From contig JBBDIH010000192.1 in the NCBI GenBank assembly GCA_040880505.1, forward strand, positions 9,594 to 73,593: a stretch of 64,000 nucleotides of DNA, read 5' to 3'. This document shows positions 10,121-18,452 of this stretch, piece by piece. The notes under the pieces were generated by a model. That model made no database searches. It saw nothing but the letters and a program-made list of their open reading frames with translations, and was not told where the DNA came from. This DNA is from Minisyncoccota bacterium (GTDB taxonomy: Bacteria > Patescibacteriota > Minisyncoccia > UBA6257 > GWB1-50-10). Every line of letters begins with the position of its first letter. Position 1 is the stretch's first letter. The translations under genes and the position numbers were made by a program.

Positions 10121-10373
10121 AAAATAATGTTTGTCAACAAACATTATTTTCATTTTACACTATGTTTTGCGAAAAGTGTTTGTTGACAAACACTTTATTC
10201 ACAGTTTTTTACTAATTTTCGTAAAAAAATGTTTGTTGACAAACATTTTTTGTAGTTTTTTGGCTATTTTTATGTTTTTATGTGTTTATTTTAGTTTTAA
10301 TTGTTTGTTGACAAACATTATTCTCTATTTTTAGCTGATTTTTTAAAAAAAGTGTTTGTCAACAAACACTTTT
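10121..10373. repeat. array of five 16-bp inverted-repeat sites TGTTTGT-(CA|TG)-ACAAACA
   Basis: Cores at 10128-10143 (CA), 10177-10192 (TG), 10230-10245 (TG), 10302-10317 (TG) and 10353-10368 (CA). Flanks extend the symmetry to 24-30 bp in four of the five copies. Centre-to-centre spacings are 49, 53, 72 and 51 bp. The spacers are degenerately similar. Confidence 0.9.
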
Positions 10374-10393
10374 AACCACATAAGGATAAGATT

Positions 10394-10433
10394 AAATAAA
10401 AATAACCGTAGACTTATATTGTCTACGGTTATT
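10394..10433 (-). terminator. rho-independent terminator
   Basis: A 13-bp stem, AATAACCGTAGAC pairing with GTCTACGGTTATT (10401-10433), followed on the minus strand by TTTATTT. Confidence 0.7.
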
Positions 10434-10448
10434 AAAATTTTAAATTCA

Positions 10449-10763
10449 TTATCCTCTTATAAAAAGCATTAGAATAATAATTAAACTCTCTAACAAGCTT
10501 ATAGCCATAGACCAAAACATTGCCGGGCTTTTTGTTCTTATGCCTTCTAATGTAATAGCCCCTTGTATAAAAGCAAAAATAACATACATGGAAAGAGATA
10601 CACCTTCAACACTTGAAGCAGTAAAGACCATAACAAGTTGAGGTAATAAAGCTAATGGATTTATTAAAATAACAAGAGAAGAGATGAATTTATAATAAGA
10701 AGAACTAGTTAAAGTTCTTGTTTTCTTTTCTAGAAGATCAATCAAATTATTGGATTTATTCAT
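10449..10763 (-). CDS. SemiSWEET-like PQ-loop membrane protein
   Basis: 104 aa with three TM helices. LALLPQLVMVFTASSVEGVSL resembles the PQ-loop motif of bacterial SemiSWEET transporters. Confidence 0.5.
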   Translation of the reverse strand: MNKSNNLIDLLEKKTRTLTSSSYYKFISSLVILINPLALLPQLVMVFTASSVEGVSLSMYVIFAFIQGAITLEGIRTKSPAMFWSMAISLLESLIIILMLFIRG

Positions 10764-10857
10764 TTCAGGGTTATTTAATTTTGAATTACTATTTTTATAA
10801 ATACTATATATTTATATTTTTGTCAATATTATCATTGGGAGTACTTAGGTTTATTAT

Positions 10858-10886
10858 TTGACTGATTTTATTTTATATTATATAAT
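10858..10886 (+). promoter_or_regulatory. sigma70-type promoter
   Basis: TTGACT, a 17-nt spacer, then TATAAT, lying 35 nt upstream of the NUDIX gene start. Confidence 0.6.
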
Positions 10887-10920
10887 ATACTTAGATATTC
10901 AAAATTAAAAATGGAAAGTT

Positions 10921-11409
10921 ATGAAAAAAGAAAGAGCAATAGACTGGGTCAGCTTTGCTTTAATTGAAATTTTTAGAGTCTCACAAGAGAGTCAAATTAT
11001 TTTAATTAAAGATAGTGACAAACCAAATCCCCCTTTATGGAAACTAGTTGGTGGTCAAAGAAAACATACAGTAGATCACGGACCAGAAAGAACCTTAAGA
11101 AGAGAGGTTTTTGATGAAATTGGTTTAAAAATTAAATCAAGAGAAATAAAGGAAAGATTTATTGAAAAAGTTAAAGAATCAAAAGGTGATGGTTCACACT
11201 TTTTTTATGTTTATCACATAAAGCTGGTGGAACATGATCGAGAAACAAGAGAAAGACTAAGTCTTTTAGAAGCAAAAAACGAAGTGATGGAACTTGAAGT
11301 ATTTTCTATCTCTGAAGTTAAAAGAAAGATAAAAGAATTTCTCCTGGTAAATGATCATGCAGAGGCCCTGACTGAATGGTTGCAAAAAGAAGGATACGGA
11401 AATTACTAA
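10921..11409 (+). CDS. NUDIX hydrolase
   Basis: Nudix box GGQRKHTVDHGPERTLRREVFDEIGL, matching GX5EX7REUXEEXGU. Confidence 0.7.
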   Translation: MKKERAIDWVSFALIEIFRVSQESQIILIKDSDKPNPPLWKLVGGQRKHTVDHGPERTLRREVFDEIGLKIKSREIKERFIEKVKESKGDGSHFFYVYHIKLVEHDRETRERLSLLEAKNEVMELEVFSISEVKRKIKEFLLVNDHAEALTEWLQKEGYGNY

Positions 11410-11419
11410 AATCAAAACT

Positions 11420-11448
11420 AAAGCCCTCAAAATGTGAGGGCTTTTAAA
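11420..11448 (+). terminator. rho-independent terminator
   Basis: AAAGCCCTCA-aaatg-TGAGGGCTTT followed by TAAATTT. Confidence 0.65.
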
Positions 11449-11461
11449 TTTGGCAGAGCAT

Positions 11462-11473
11462 TCTCTAACGGGG
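11462..11473 (+). repeat. TCTCTAACGGGG half-site abutting the nusA -35 box
   Basis: Same 11-12-mer as at 19.7, 20.7 and 56.8 kb. Here it is a lone arm immediately 5' of TTGACT. Confidence 0.8.
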
Positions 11474-11502
11474 TTGACTTTTTAGAAAAATATACATATT
11501 AT
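11474..11502 (+). promoter_or_regulatory. sigma70-type promoter of nusA
   Basis: TTGACT (11474-11479), a 17-nt spacer, then TATTAT (11497-11502). Confidence 0.6.
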
Positions 11503-11597
11503 TGTATTGTATTGTATTGATATTTTCCGCCCATTGAGGCGGACTAACTTTATAAAACAATAGAAGTCGAAAAACAAAATAATTTTTAAAAAATAAA

Positions 11598-12998
11598 ATG
11601 GAAATGGATTTAAAATCACTGTCTTCTGCAATAAAACAAATTGCCGATAACAGAGGCATATCAACCGAAAAAGTTAAAGAAGCCATTGAAGGTGCTTTAG
11701 CTAGTGCTTATAAAAGAGAATACAGAGATAGATCGGAAATAATAAAAGCTCAACTAGACATAGAAAGTGGAGAAGCAAAATTTTGGCAAATTAAAACTGT
11801 GGTTGACCCAGAAGAAGTTAGGGTGGTTGAAGGTGGAGACGAAGAGGAAACAGAAAATAATTTAGAAGAAGATGAACAATTACCTAGGTATAATTCTGAT
11901 AGACACATTTTTATAAAAGAAGCTAAAAAAATAAAAGAGGATGCGGAAGTTGGCGAAGAATTAATTTTCCCTCTAGAAACTCATGAAGACTTTGGAAGAA
12001 TTGCAGCGCAAACTGCAAAACAAGTAATTCTTCAGGGAGTAAGAGAAGCAGAAAGAGAATCTATAATGGATGAATTTAAAGACAAGGAAGGAGAGATTGT
12101 TAGTGGTGTGATTCAAAGATATGAAAGAGGTCATGTTTATATTGATCTTGATAGATCTATGGGGATAATGTTTCAAAATGAAAGTATTCCCGAAGAACAT
12201 TATCGTTCTGGTCAAAGAATGAGGTTTTTAGTTTTAGCTGTACAACAAGAAGATAGGAGAAAACCAGGAATTGTACTTTCTCGTTCAAATCCAGACTTTG
12301 TTGCAAAACTTTTTGAATTAGAGGTTCCAGAAATAGCAGAGGGGGTTGTAGAGATAAAGAAAATAGCCAGAGAAGCAGGAAGTAGAACAAAGATAGCAGT
12401 TATTTCTCATGAAGAAGGGATTGATCCAGTTGGTTCAGTTGTTGGTCAAAGAGGATCAAGAATAATGGCAGTTATTAATGAGTTAGGCAATGAAAAAATA
12501 GATGTTATTGAATGGAGCGAAGAACCAGAAGAATATATTGAAAACTCTCTTTCACCTGCAAAAATTAAGTTAGTTGAAACAAACTCTAGAAGAGAAGCAA
12601 TCGTGATAGTTCAAGATGATCACCTAAGCTTAGCTATTGGTAAAGGAGGACAAAATGTTAGATTAGCCGCTAAATTAACTGGATGGAAAATAGATGTTAG
12701 AGCTCAATCTAATCCTGATGAAAGCTTAGACGAAGGAACAGGTAATGAAGAGGAAGTTGAAGATGAGGGCTCAATAAAGGATGGACAAAATGTTGAAGTC
12801 TCAGCAGAAAACAAGGACGAAGAAAGTAAAGAGAATAATGAAGAATCTACTGAGGGTGAAGTTTCAACTGATGATAATTCAGTAGAAGAAAGCATTGAAG
12901 ATGAGGACTCAGAAACTACCGACGAAGACGATAAAGTTAAGATAAACAAAAAGGACGAAGGGGAAAATAATAAAGAAGAAGAAAAAGATGTTTCATAA
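11598..12998 (+). CDS. nusA: transcription termination/antitermination factor NusA with acidic C-terminal tail
   Basis: NusA N-terminal domain, S1 domain (GEIVSGVIQRYERGHVYIDL) and KH domains (VGQRGSRIMAVINELGNEKIDVIEW, GKGGQNVRLAAKLTGWKIDV). About 100 aa of E/D-rich tail. Confidence 0.9.
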   Translation: MEMDLKSLSSAIKQIADNRGISTEKVKEAIEGALASAYKREYRDRSEIIKAQLDIESGEAKFWQIKTVVDPEEVRVVEGGDEEETENNLEEDEQLPRYNSDRHIFIKEAKKIKEDAEVGEELIFPLETHEDFGRIAAQTAKQVILQGVREAERESIMDEFKDKEGEIVSGVIQRYERGHVYIDLDRSMGIMFQNESIPEEHYRSGQRMRFLVLAVQQEDRRKPGIVLSRSNPDFVAKLFELEVPEIAEGVVEIKKIAREAGSRTKIAVISHEEGIDPVGSVVGQRGSRIMAVINELGNEKIDVIEWSEEPEEYIENSLSPAKIKLVETNSRREAIVIVQDDHLSLAIGKGGQNVRLAAKLTGWKIDVRAQSNPDESLDEGTGNEEEVEDEGSIKDGQNVEVSAENKDEESKENNEESTEGEVSTDDNSVEESIEDEDSETTDEDDKVKINKKDEGENNKEEEKDVS

Positions 12999-13515
12999 AG
13001 TAAAAATAGGAAAAAATTTTCCAAAAGAAATAAACTCAATAATAGAAATTCCAAAAGAAAGTCATAACAAGTATGAATATGATGAGGAGTTAGAAGTATT
13101 TAAATTAGATAGAGTACTTCATTCTCCTCTTCATTATCCAGCAGATTATGGTCTTATTCCTGAAACAAGAGCAGAAGATGGAGATCATTTAGATATAATG
13201 GTTCTAGGGAATAACCCAACATTTCCAGGTTGTGTTGTTAAATCAAGGCCAATAGGAGTTATGAGAATGATAGATGATGGAGAAAAAGATTATAAAATAC
13301 TAGGAGTTCAATCAGATAATCCTAGATTTACTTCTATAAAAGATTTAGAAGACTTACAAAAACATAATCCTCACTTATTAAAAGAAATAGCTCATTTCTT
13401 TGAGGCTTATAAACATCTAGAAGACAAAGAAGTAAAAACTGAAGGATGGGGGAATAGAGAAGAAGCAATAAAAGAAATAGAAAAAACCCACAAAGCCTTT
13501 AAACAACAAGGATAG
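12988..13515 (+). CDS. ppa: inorganic pyrophosphatase (family I)
   Basis: IEIPKESHNKYEYDEE...YPADYGLIPETRAEDGDHLDIMVL matches family I PPase. The start overlaps the nusA stop. Confidence 0.9.
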   Translation: MFHKVKIGKNFPKEINSIIEIPKESHNKYEYDEELEVFKLDRVLHSPLHYPADYGLIPETRAEDGDHLDIMVLGNNPTFPGCVVKSRPIGVMRMIDDGEKDYKILGVQSDNPRFTSIKDLEDLQKHNPHLLKEIAHFFEAYKHLEDKEVKTEGWGNREEAIKEIEKTHKAFKQQG

Positions 13516-13520
13516 AATTT

Positions 13521-13562
13521 AAAAAAAGAAACCCTCTTTTTAAAAAGAGGGTTTCTTTTTTT
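13521..13562. terminator. bidirectional terminator
   Basis: Perfect 42-bp palindrome AAAAAAAGAAACCCTCTTTTT/AAAAAGAGGGTTTCTTTTTTT between convergent ppa and the hsp20 gene. Its stem is nearly the same as the terminator at 23703. Confidence 0.8.
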
Positions 13563-13575
13563 ATTGAACTACTAA

Positions 13576-14016
13576 TTACTCAGCTTTTACTTTTACTTTC
13601 TTAGCTTTTTTCTTTTTAAAGATAGGCATAGTTACAACTAAGACACCATTAGAAAAACTTGCTTCTGACTCTTCCGGATCAACATCATGAGGTAAAATAA
13701 TAGTTCTTGAAAAATCACCCCAAAATAATTCCTGATAATAAAAATCTTTATCTTCTATTTTCTTTTCTCTTTTTCTTCTTCCTTTTATTGTTACTGAATC
13801 ATTTGTGATATTAACTTCTATCTCATCAGGGTCAACACCAGCAACAGTTGATTCAACTATTACATTGTCTTCATCATGATAAACATCAACAGTAAGTTGA
13901 CCCTCACTTTTAAAATCCTTTTCTAGTGATTCATGATGTTCTCCTAATTCGATCTCTTTTGGGTTCTCTTCTTCTTTTAGATCTTTATTTATAACTTCTT
14001 TTTTTTCTTCTGACAT
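13576..14016 (-). CDS. Hsp20/alpha-crystallin small heat-shock protein
   Basis: Alpha-crystallin domain pattern: VDVYHDEDNVIVESTVAGVDPDEIEVNI...FSRTIILPHDVDPEESEASFSNGVLVVTMP. Confidence 0.85.
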   Translation of the reverse strand: MSEEKKEVINKDLKEEENPKEIELGEHHESLEKDFKSEGQLTVDVYHDEDNVIVESTVAGVDPDEIEVNITNDSVTIKGRRKREKKIEDKDFYYQELFWGDFSRTIILPHDVDPEESEASFSNGVLVVTMPIFKKKKAKKVKVKAE

Positions 14017-14024
14017 AATATATA

Positions 14025-14729
14025 TTACTTTTTAATAATTATACTTTTTCTTTTTAGTTTATCAAAATCATTAAAGACAAAGGCACTCATAAAAATAAGA
14101 AATAAACTAGGATAAATTAAATAATCAATTTTTTCAAAAACAACAACTAAAACATTAAAAAAGACATGTATTAAAGTAGCTGAAAAAATTCCCCATATAA
14201 TTAATTTTTTATTTTTTTCTGTCTTATGTCTGGACCAATAAAACCCTACTATTCCAGAAGATATTATATGTAAAAAAGTTGCACCAACAAATCTTAATAT
14301 CAAAACGTCAGCTATAGAAGAAACATATAAAGAACCTGAAACGCTAAGTAAATTTAATAGAACTAAAAAATTTTCTACGGTAGCAAAACCCACAGCAGCA
14401 ACAATCATGTATATCATCGCGTCTATTGGTTCATCAAAGTATTTACTATCACTAACACCAAGCCAGGCTCCAAAAAATTTGAAAAATTCTTCGCTAAAAG
14501 AAAAAAATAAAACAAGAAAAATAGCTGGTATAGCCAAGTAATTGAATACTCCTTGAAATATTACCTGGAGAGCAATAACTGGAAAAGTGACAATTGCTCC
14601 TATTCCAAAAACTTTCATTAACATTCTTTTAGGTTCTGGATTTATGTCTTCTTTAAGAAAAAAAATTAACCAGACTATACCTGGTATTACAGCAGAAATT
14701 AATATTAAAATAAAAGAAAAAATTACCAT
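14025..14729 (-). CDS. PrsW-family intramembrane protease
   Basis: Polytopic membrane protein with FSEEFFKF and downstream His motifs (FLHIISSG, LIHVFFN), as in PrsW proteases. Confidence 0.55.
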   Translation of the reverse strand: MVIFSFILILISAVIPGIVWLIFFLKEDINPEPKRMLMKVFGIGAIVTFPVIALQVIFQGVFNYLAIPAIFLVLFFSFSEEFFKFFGAWLGVSDSKYFDEPIDAMIYMIVAAVGFATVENFLVLLNLLSVSGSLYVSSIADVLILRFVGATFLHIISSGIVGFYWSRHKTEKNKKLIIWGIFSATLIHVFFNVLVVVFEKIDYLIYPSLFLIFMSAFVFNDFDKLKRKSIIIKK

Positions 14730-16897
14730 CTCTCAATCATTAGCATTTTATCACCCAAATTAAGTTCATCGTAAACTGCTTCTGTTACGAAAGGGATGAA
14801 AGGATGAAGCATTTTTATTGATTCAAAAAATATTTTTTCTAACATCCTGTAAGCTGATCGCTTGTCTTCTATATCATTTTTGTCATCTAGTCTTAATTTT
14901 GTTTCCTCTAAAAGATTGTTAGCAAAATCATTCCAAAGAAAATCATAAGCCTCTTCACCTGCTAAATGAAAATTAAATTCTTCTATATGTTTTGAAACTT
15001 TTTCCTTTATTTTTTCTGCCTTTTTTATTTTTTCTTTATCTTTTTCATTTAAATTGTTTTCTGCTTCTGCTCTATTATAATTTTCTGGTTTATTCATCTC
15101 TAAAAACCTAGCAACATTCCAAATTTTTGTACTAAAGTTTCTATAACTTTTTACTTTTTGTTCGGAAAAAACTATATCATTACCAGGTCCAGCGCCTATA
15201 ATACTAGATAATCTAGTGGCATCTGCTCCATATTTTTTAATCATATCCAGCGGATTAACTGAGTTATCCAAAGACTTACTCATTTTTCTTCCTTGTTTGT
15301 CACGAACAATTCCATGAAGATATACTGTTTTAAAAGGTATTTCTCCTAAAAAGTAAGTGGTCATTAGTATCATTCTAGCTACCCAGAAAAATATAATCTC
15401 ATGACCGGTTTCTAAAATCGTTGTCGGGTGGTAAGTTTTTAAATCCTCAGTTTCTTCGGGCCAACCTAAAGTAGAAAAAGTCCAAAGACCGGAGGAAAAC
15501 CAAGTGTCCAATGTATCTTTATCTTGTTCCCAACCATCTTCAGATGGTGTGTCTGTTTCTGCATGAACTTCATCTCCCTTGTACCAAACTGGGATTCTGT
15601 GTCCGTACCAGATCTGTCTTGATATGCACCAGTCTCTTAAGTTGTCTATCCAATGAAAGTAAACTTTTTTAAATCTCTCCGGCAGTATCTCTACCTGATT
15701 ACTTTCAACAACGTGCTTCATTAAATGCTTTAGAGTAACTTTAGTTCCAGACTTAATATTGATTTTGTTTTCTCCGATTTCAAATTCTTTATTTACATCA
15801 ATAAACCACTGAAGCTTTGGTAAAGGTTCTATTACTCCACCTGTTCTTTCAGCTTTTGAAATGTTTTGTTTTATTTTCTCCTGCTTTTTTAAAAGTCCTA
15901 ATTCTTTTAATTTTTCTGCCACCCATAATCTTGCATCTTTTGTCTTCATTCCATCAACTTCGTGACCCTCTAACTCCATTTTTGCGTATTCATTAATAAC
16001 CTGAACTACTTCGAGGTTGTGTCTTTCTGCTATCTCAAAATCAGTGAAACTATGAGCAGGAGTTACTCCTACTGCTCCAGTACCAAACTCCGGATCAACA
16101 ACATCATCTCCAACTACTTTTATATTTAACTCTTTTCCAAGAAAATCTATTTTATATTCTTTTCCTATGTATTCCTTGTATCTTTTATCATCTGGATTTA
16201 CCGCTACTGCTACATCACCAAACTTTGTCTCCGGCCTAGTAGTAGCTATGGTAATAGGAAAATCTTTTGAGTATTTAAAAGTGTATAACACTCCTTCTGT
16301 TTCAATATGATCCACTTCATCATCCGAAACAGTCGTTTGTCCTTTTGGATCCCAGTTAACGATTCTATTGCCACGGTAAATAAGACCATCTTCATACATT
16401 TTTTTAAAGGCATGCTTTACCGCATAGCTTCTTTTATCATCCAGTGTAAAAGCTTCTCTAGACCAGTCTAGGGATGCACCCATTGCTTTTATTTGGCTTT
16501 CTATTGTGTCGTGACTTTCTTTGGCAAATTTATTTACTTCTTCTAAAAATTTTTCTCTGCCTAAATCGTGTCTGTTTTTTTTCTCTTTTTTATAAATTAG
16601 CTTTTCTACTTTTGATTGGGTAGCTATAGCAGCATGGTCTGTTCCGGGAATCCAAAGAGTTTTTTTGCCCTGCATCCTATTATATCTAGTCATCACGTCC
16701 TCTATGGCTAGCATGGCAGCATGACCCATGTGCAACACCCCTGTTACGTTTGGAGGAGGGAGAACCATAGAAAAAGGTTCTGCGTCTTCTTTAGTTACTC
16801 CTTTTTCTACGCATTTTTCTGGATTAAAATAGCCCTCTTCTTCCCAAAGGTTATATATTTCTTTTTCCTTATTTTGATAATCAAATCGTTTATCCAT
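14723..16897 (-). CDS. valS: valyl-tRNA synthetase (short form)
   Basis: PPPNVTGVLHMGHA, TRPETKFGDVAVAVNPDD and KMSKSLDNS motifs. At 724 aa it appears to lack the usual C-terminal coiled-coil. Confidence 0.9.
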   Translation of the reverse strand: MDKRFDYQNKEKEIYNLWEEEGYFNPEKCVEKGVTKEDAEPFSMVLPPPNVTGVLHMGHAAMLAIEDVMTRYNRMQGKKTLWIPGTDHAAIATQSKVEKLIYKKEKKNRHDLGREKFLEEVNKFAKESHDTIESQIKAMGASLDWSREAFTLDDKRSYAVKHAFKKMYEDGLIYRGNRIVNWDPKGQTTVSDDEVDHIETEGVLYTFKYSKDFPITIATTRPETKFGDVAVAVNPDDKRYKEYIGKEYKIDFLGKELNIKVVGDDVVDPEFGTGAVGVTPAHSFTDFEIAERHNLEVVQVINEYAKMELEGHEVDGMKTKDARLWVAEKLKELGLLKKQEKIKQNISKAERTGGVIEPLPKLQWFIDVNKEFEIGENKINIKSGTKVTLKHLMKHVVESNQVEILPERFKKVYFHWIDNLRDWCISRQIWYGHRIPVWYKGDEVHAETDTPSEDGWEQDKDTLDTWFSSGLWTFSTLGWPEETEDLKTYHPTTILETGHEIIFFWVARMILMTTYFLGEIPFKTVYLHGIVRDKQGRKMSKSLDNSVNPLDMIKKYGADATRLSSIIGAGPGNDIVFSEQKVKSYRNFSTKIWNVARFLEMNKPENYNRAEAENNLNEKDKEKIKKAEKIKEKVSKHIEEFNFHLAGEEAYDFLWNDFANNLLEETKLRLDDKNDIEDKRSAYRMLEKIFFESIKMLHPFIPFVTEAVYDELNLGDKMLMIERW

Positions 16898-16938
16898 TAA
16901 CTCTATTCTATCAGTAGATTTTGTTTGTTCAAATTATA

Positions 16939-17988
16939 TCAAAGAGATAGGTTAGGTTGAGATTCTATTTTATGAGAATTGCCAGACAAAAAATTAATGT
17001 ATCCGGCTAGACCTATCATTACTCCGTTATCAGTATTGTATCTTGCTGGAGCAACAAAGAAATTTTTATTTTTTTCTTTTGATTTATTTTTTAAAGATTC
17101 TTGAAGTAGAGTGTTAGCAGCTACTCCGCCTGAAACCATAACTGATTTTGCATTAAATTCTTCTACTGCTCTAAATGTTTTTGAAACTAGAGTATCTATT
17201 ATTGCTTTCTGAAAAGAGGCAGAAATATCCGCTTTTTTGTCTCTTGGAATATCAAATTTAAGATCACTGCTTTCTATTTCTTTAAAATTATCTTTTAAGT
17301 AATAAAGAACGGCTGTTTTTAGACCGGAAAAACTAAAATCATAATCACCTGAATTTATCATTGGTCTTGGAAAATCAACTGTTTGACTATCTCCATTTTC
17401 AGCAAATTTTGATATTTCCGGTCCGCCAGGATACTCTAGGCCTAACATTCTAGCTACCTTATCAAAGGCTTCACCCGCTGCATCATCCCTGGTTTCTCCT
17501 AAAACCTCCCACTGTGTTAATGACTTCATTAACACAACCATTGTGTGCCCACCAGAAACAACTAATTGAATAGCTGGAAATATATCTTCAATACTTTCAA
17601 GGTCTTCTGATAAGAGAAAACTGTAGAGATGTCCTTCCATATGATTGACTCCAACAACTTCTGTATTAGAAAATTTCTCTGCTTGAAGTTCTTTTACAAA
17701 GTTTATGCCGGTCCAAAGACAAGGATCTAATCCTGGTCCAACTGTTACCGTTATTAAATCTACATCTTTTTCTTTTACTTCTAACTCCTTTGTTAATAAG
17801 GGTAGGTTTTTTTCATGTTCACGTCTGGCAAGTCCAGGAACAACACCACCAAAGGGTCTATGGGTTTCAAATTGAGTAGCTAAAAGCTCTTTTTTTATTT
17901 TTAAATTTATGTTATCTAAATCACCTTCTATATTAAGAAGTGCTATACCAGTTTCATCACAGCTTGTCTCAATTGAGAGTATTCTCAT
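16939..17988 (-). CDS. tsaD: tRNA N6-adenosine threonylcarbamoyltransferase TsaD
   Basis: MRILSIETSCDETGIALL, NHMEGHLYS and VSGGVAANTLL motifs of Kae1/TsaD. Confidence 0.9.
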   Translation of the reverse strand: MRILSIETSCDETGIALLNIEGDLDNINLKIKKELLATQFETHRPFGGVVPGLARREHEKNLPLLTKELEVKEKDVDLITVTVGPGLDPCLWTGINFVKELQAEKFSNTEVVGVNHMEGHLYSFLLSEDLESIEDIFPAIQLVVSGGHTMVVLMKSLTQWEVLGETRDDAAGEAFDKVARMLGLEYPGGPEISKFAENGDSQTVDFPRPMINSGDYDFSFSGLKTAVLYYLKDNFKEIESSDLKFDIPRDKKADISASFQKAIIDTLVSKTFRAVEEFNAKSVMVSGGVAANTLLQESLKNKSKEKNKNFFVAPARYNTDNGVMIGLAGYINFLSGNSHKIESQPNLSL

Positions 17989-18055
17989 ACGAGTATTAAA
18001 CCATTAAAACCATTAAGTTGAAAATAAAAAGTGAATAAGTGATAATTTATTTACT

Positions 18056-18409
18056 ATGCCACTAAATAAAGAACAAATAAAAAAATTAGAGATAGAGGAA
18101 AGATTAATAGAAGAAAAAGAAAAGATTGAAAAAAATATAGAAGCCTTAAAAGGAAACTTAGATTTTGGTGATGATGTTGACGGAGGCGATGAAGAAATAA
18201 ACGAAACAGAAGAGATGTCAAACTTTTTGAGTATAAGAGAAAAACTAGAGACAAGAATTGACGATATAGAAAATGCCCTAGATAAAATAAAGGCAGGAGA
18301 GTTTGGTCTATGTGAGGCCTGCGGTAAAAGAATAGCAATTGAAGTTCTTAAGGTTGATCCTGAATCAAGACTCTGTAAAGACTGTAAGAAAAAGATAAAT
18401 AGAGGGTAA
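18056..18409 (+). CDS. DksA/TraR-family C4 zinc-finger protein
   Basis: Coiled-coil N-terminus and a C-terminal CEACGKRIAIEVLKVDPESRLCKDC four-Cys finger. Confidence 0.7.
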   Translation: MPLNKEQIKKLEIEERLIEEKEKIEKNIEALKGNLDFGDDVDGGDEEINETEEMSNFLSIREKLETRIDDIENALDKIKAGEFGLCEACGKRIAIEVLKVDPESRLCKDCKKKINRG

Positions 18410-18424
18410 TCTAAATATAAATTG

Positions 18425-18452
18425 AATACGCCACATTGTGGCGTATTTTTTA
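18425..18452. terminator. terminator hairpin between convergent genes
   Basis: AATACGCCACA pairs with TGTGGCGTATT, followed by TTTTTTA. Confidence 0.6.

Noticed and set aside
10131-10334. 67-aa ORF in the ORF track spanning the palindrome array
   Set aside because: It has a TTG start inside a repeat. Its sequence is just the translation of AT-rich repeats (F/L/C/V-rich). It lies between two terminators with no promoter or ribosome-binding site.
10121-10373. Possible CRISPR array
   Set aside because: The repeats are short self-complementary sites in mixed orientation. The spacers are mutually similar and AT-rich with irregular lengths (33-56 bp). No cas genes are present in the window.
11501-11520. 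Pentanucleotide repeat (ATTGT)x3 plus ATTGA just downstream of the nusA -10 box
   Set aside because: Fewer than four units is too short to argue for slipped-strand phase variation. It is probably chance in AT-rich DNA.
12704-13054. 116-aa Ser/Leu-rich minus-strand ORF
   Set aside because: It is antisense to the GAA/GAT-rich acidic tail of nusA and the ppa start, so it is a compositional artefact.
16898-16938. T-box or other leader riboswitches upstream of aminoacyl-tRNA synthetase genes (valS, glyQS, leuS)
   Set aside because: The upstream spacers are only 0-41 nt, too short for a T-box. No T-box consensus sequence was seen.
18054-18338. 94-aa minus-strand ORF overlapping the DksA/TraR-like gene
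   Set aside because: The plus-strand frame has a clear C4 zinc finger and coiled coil. The minus frame is low-complexity L/F/R-rich.
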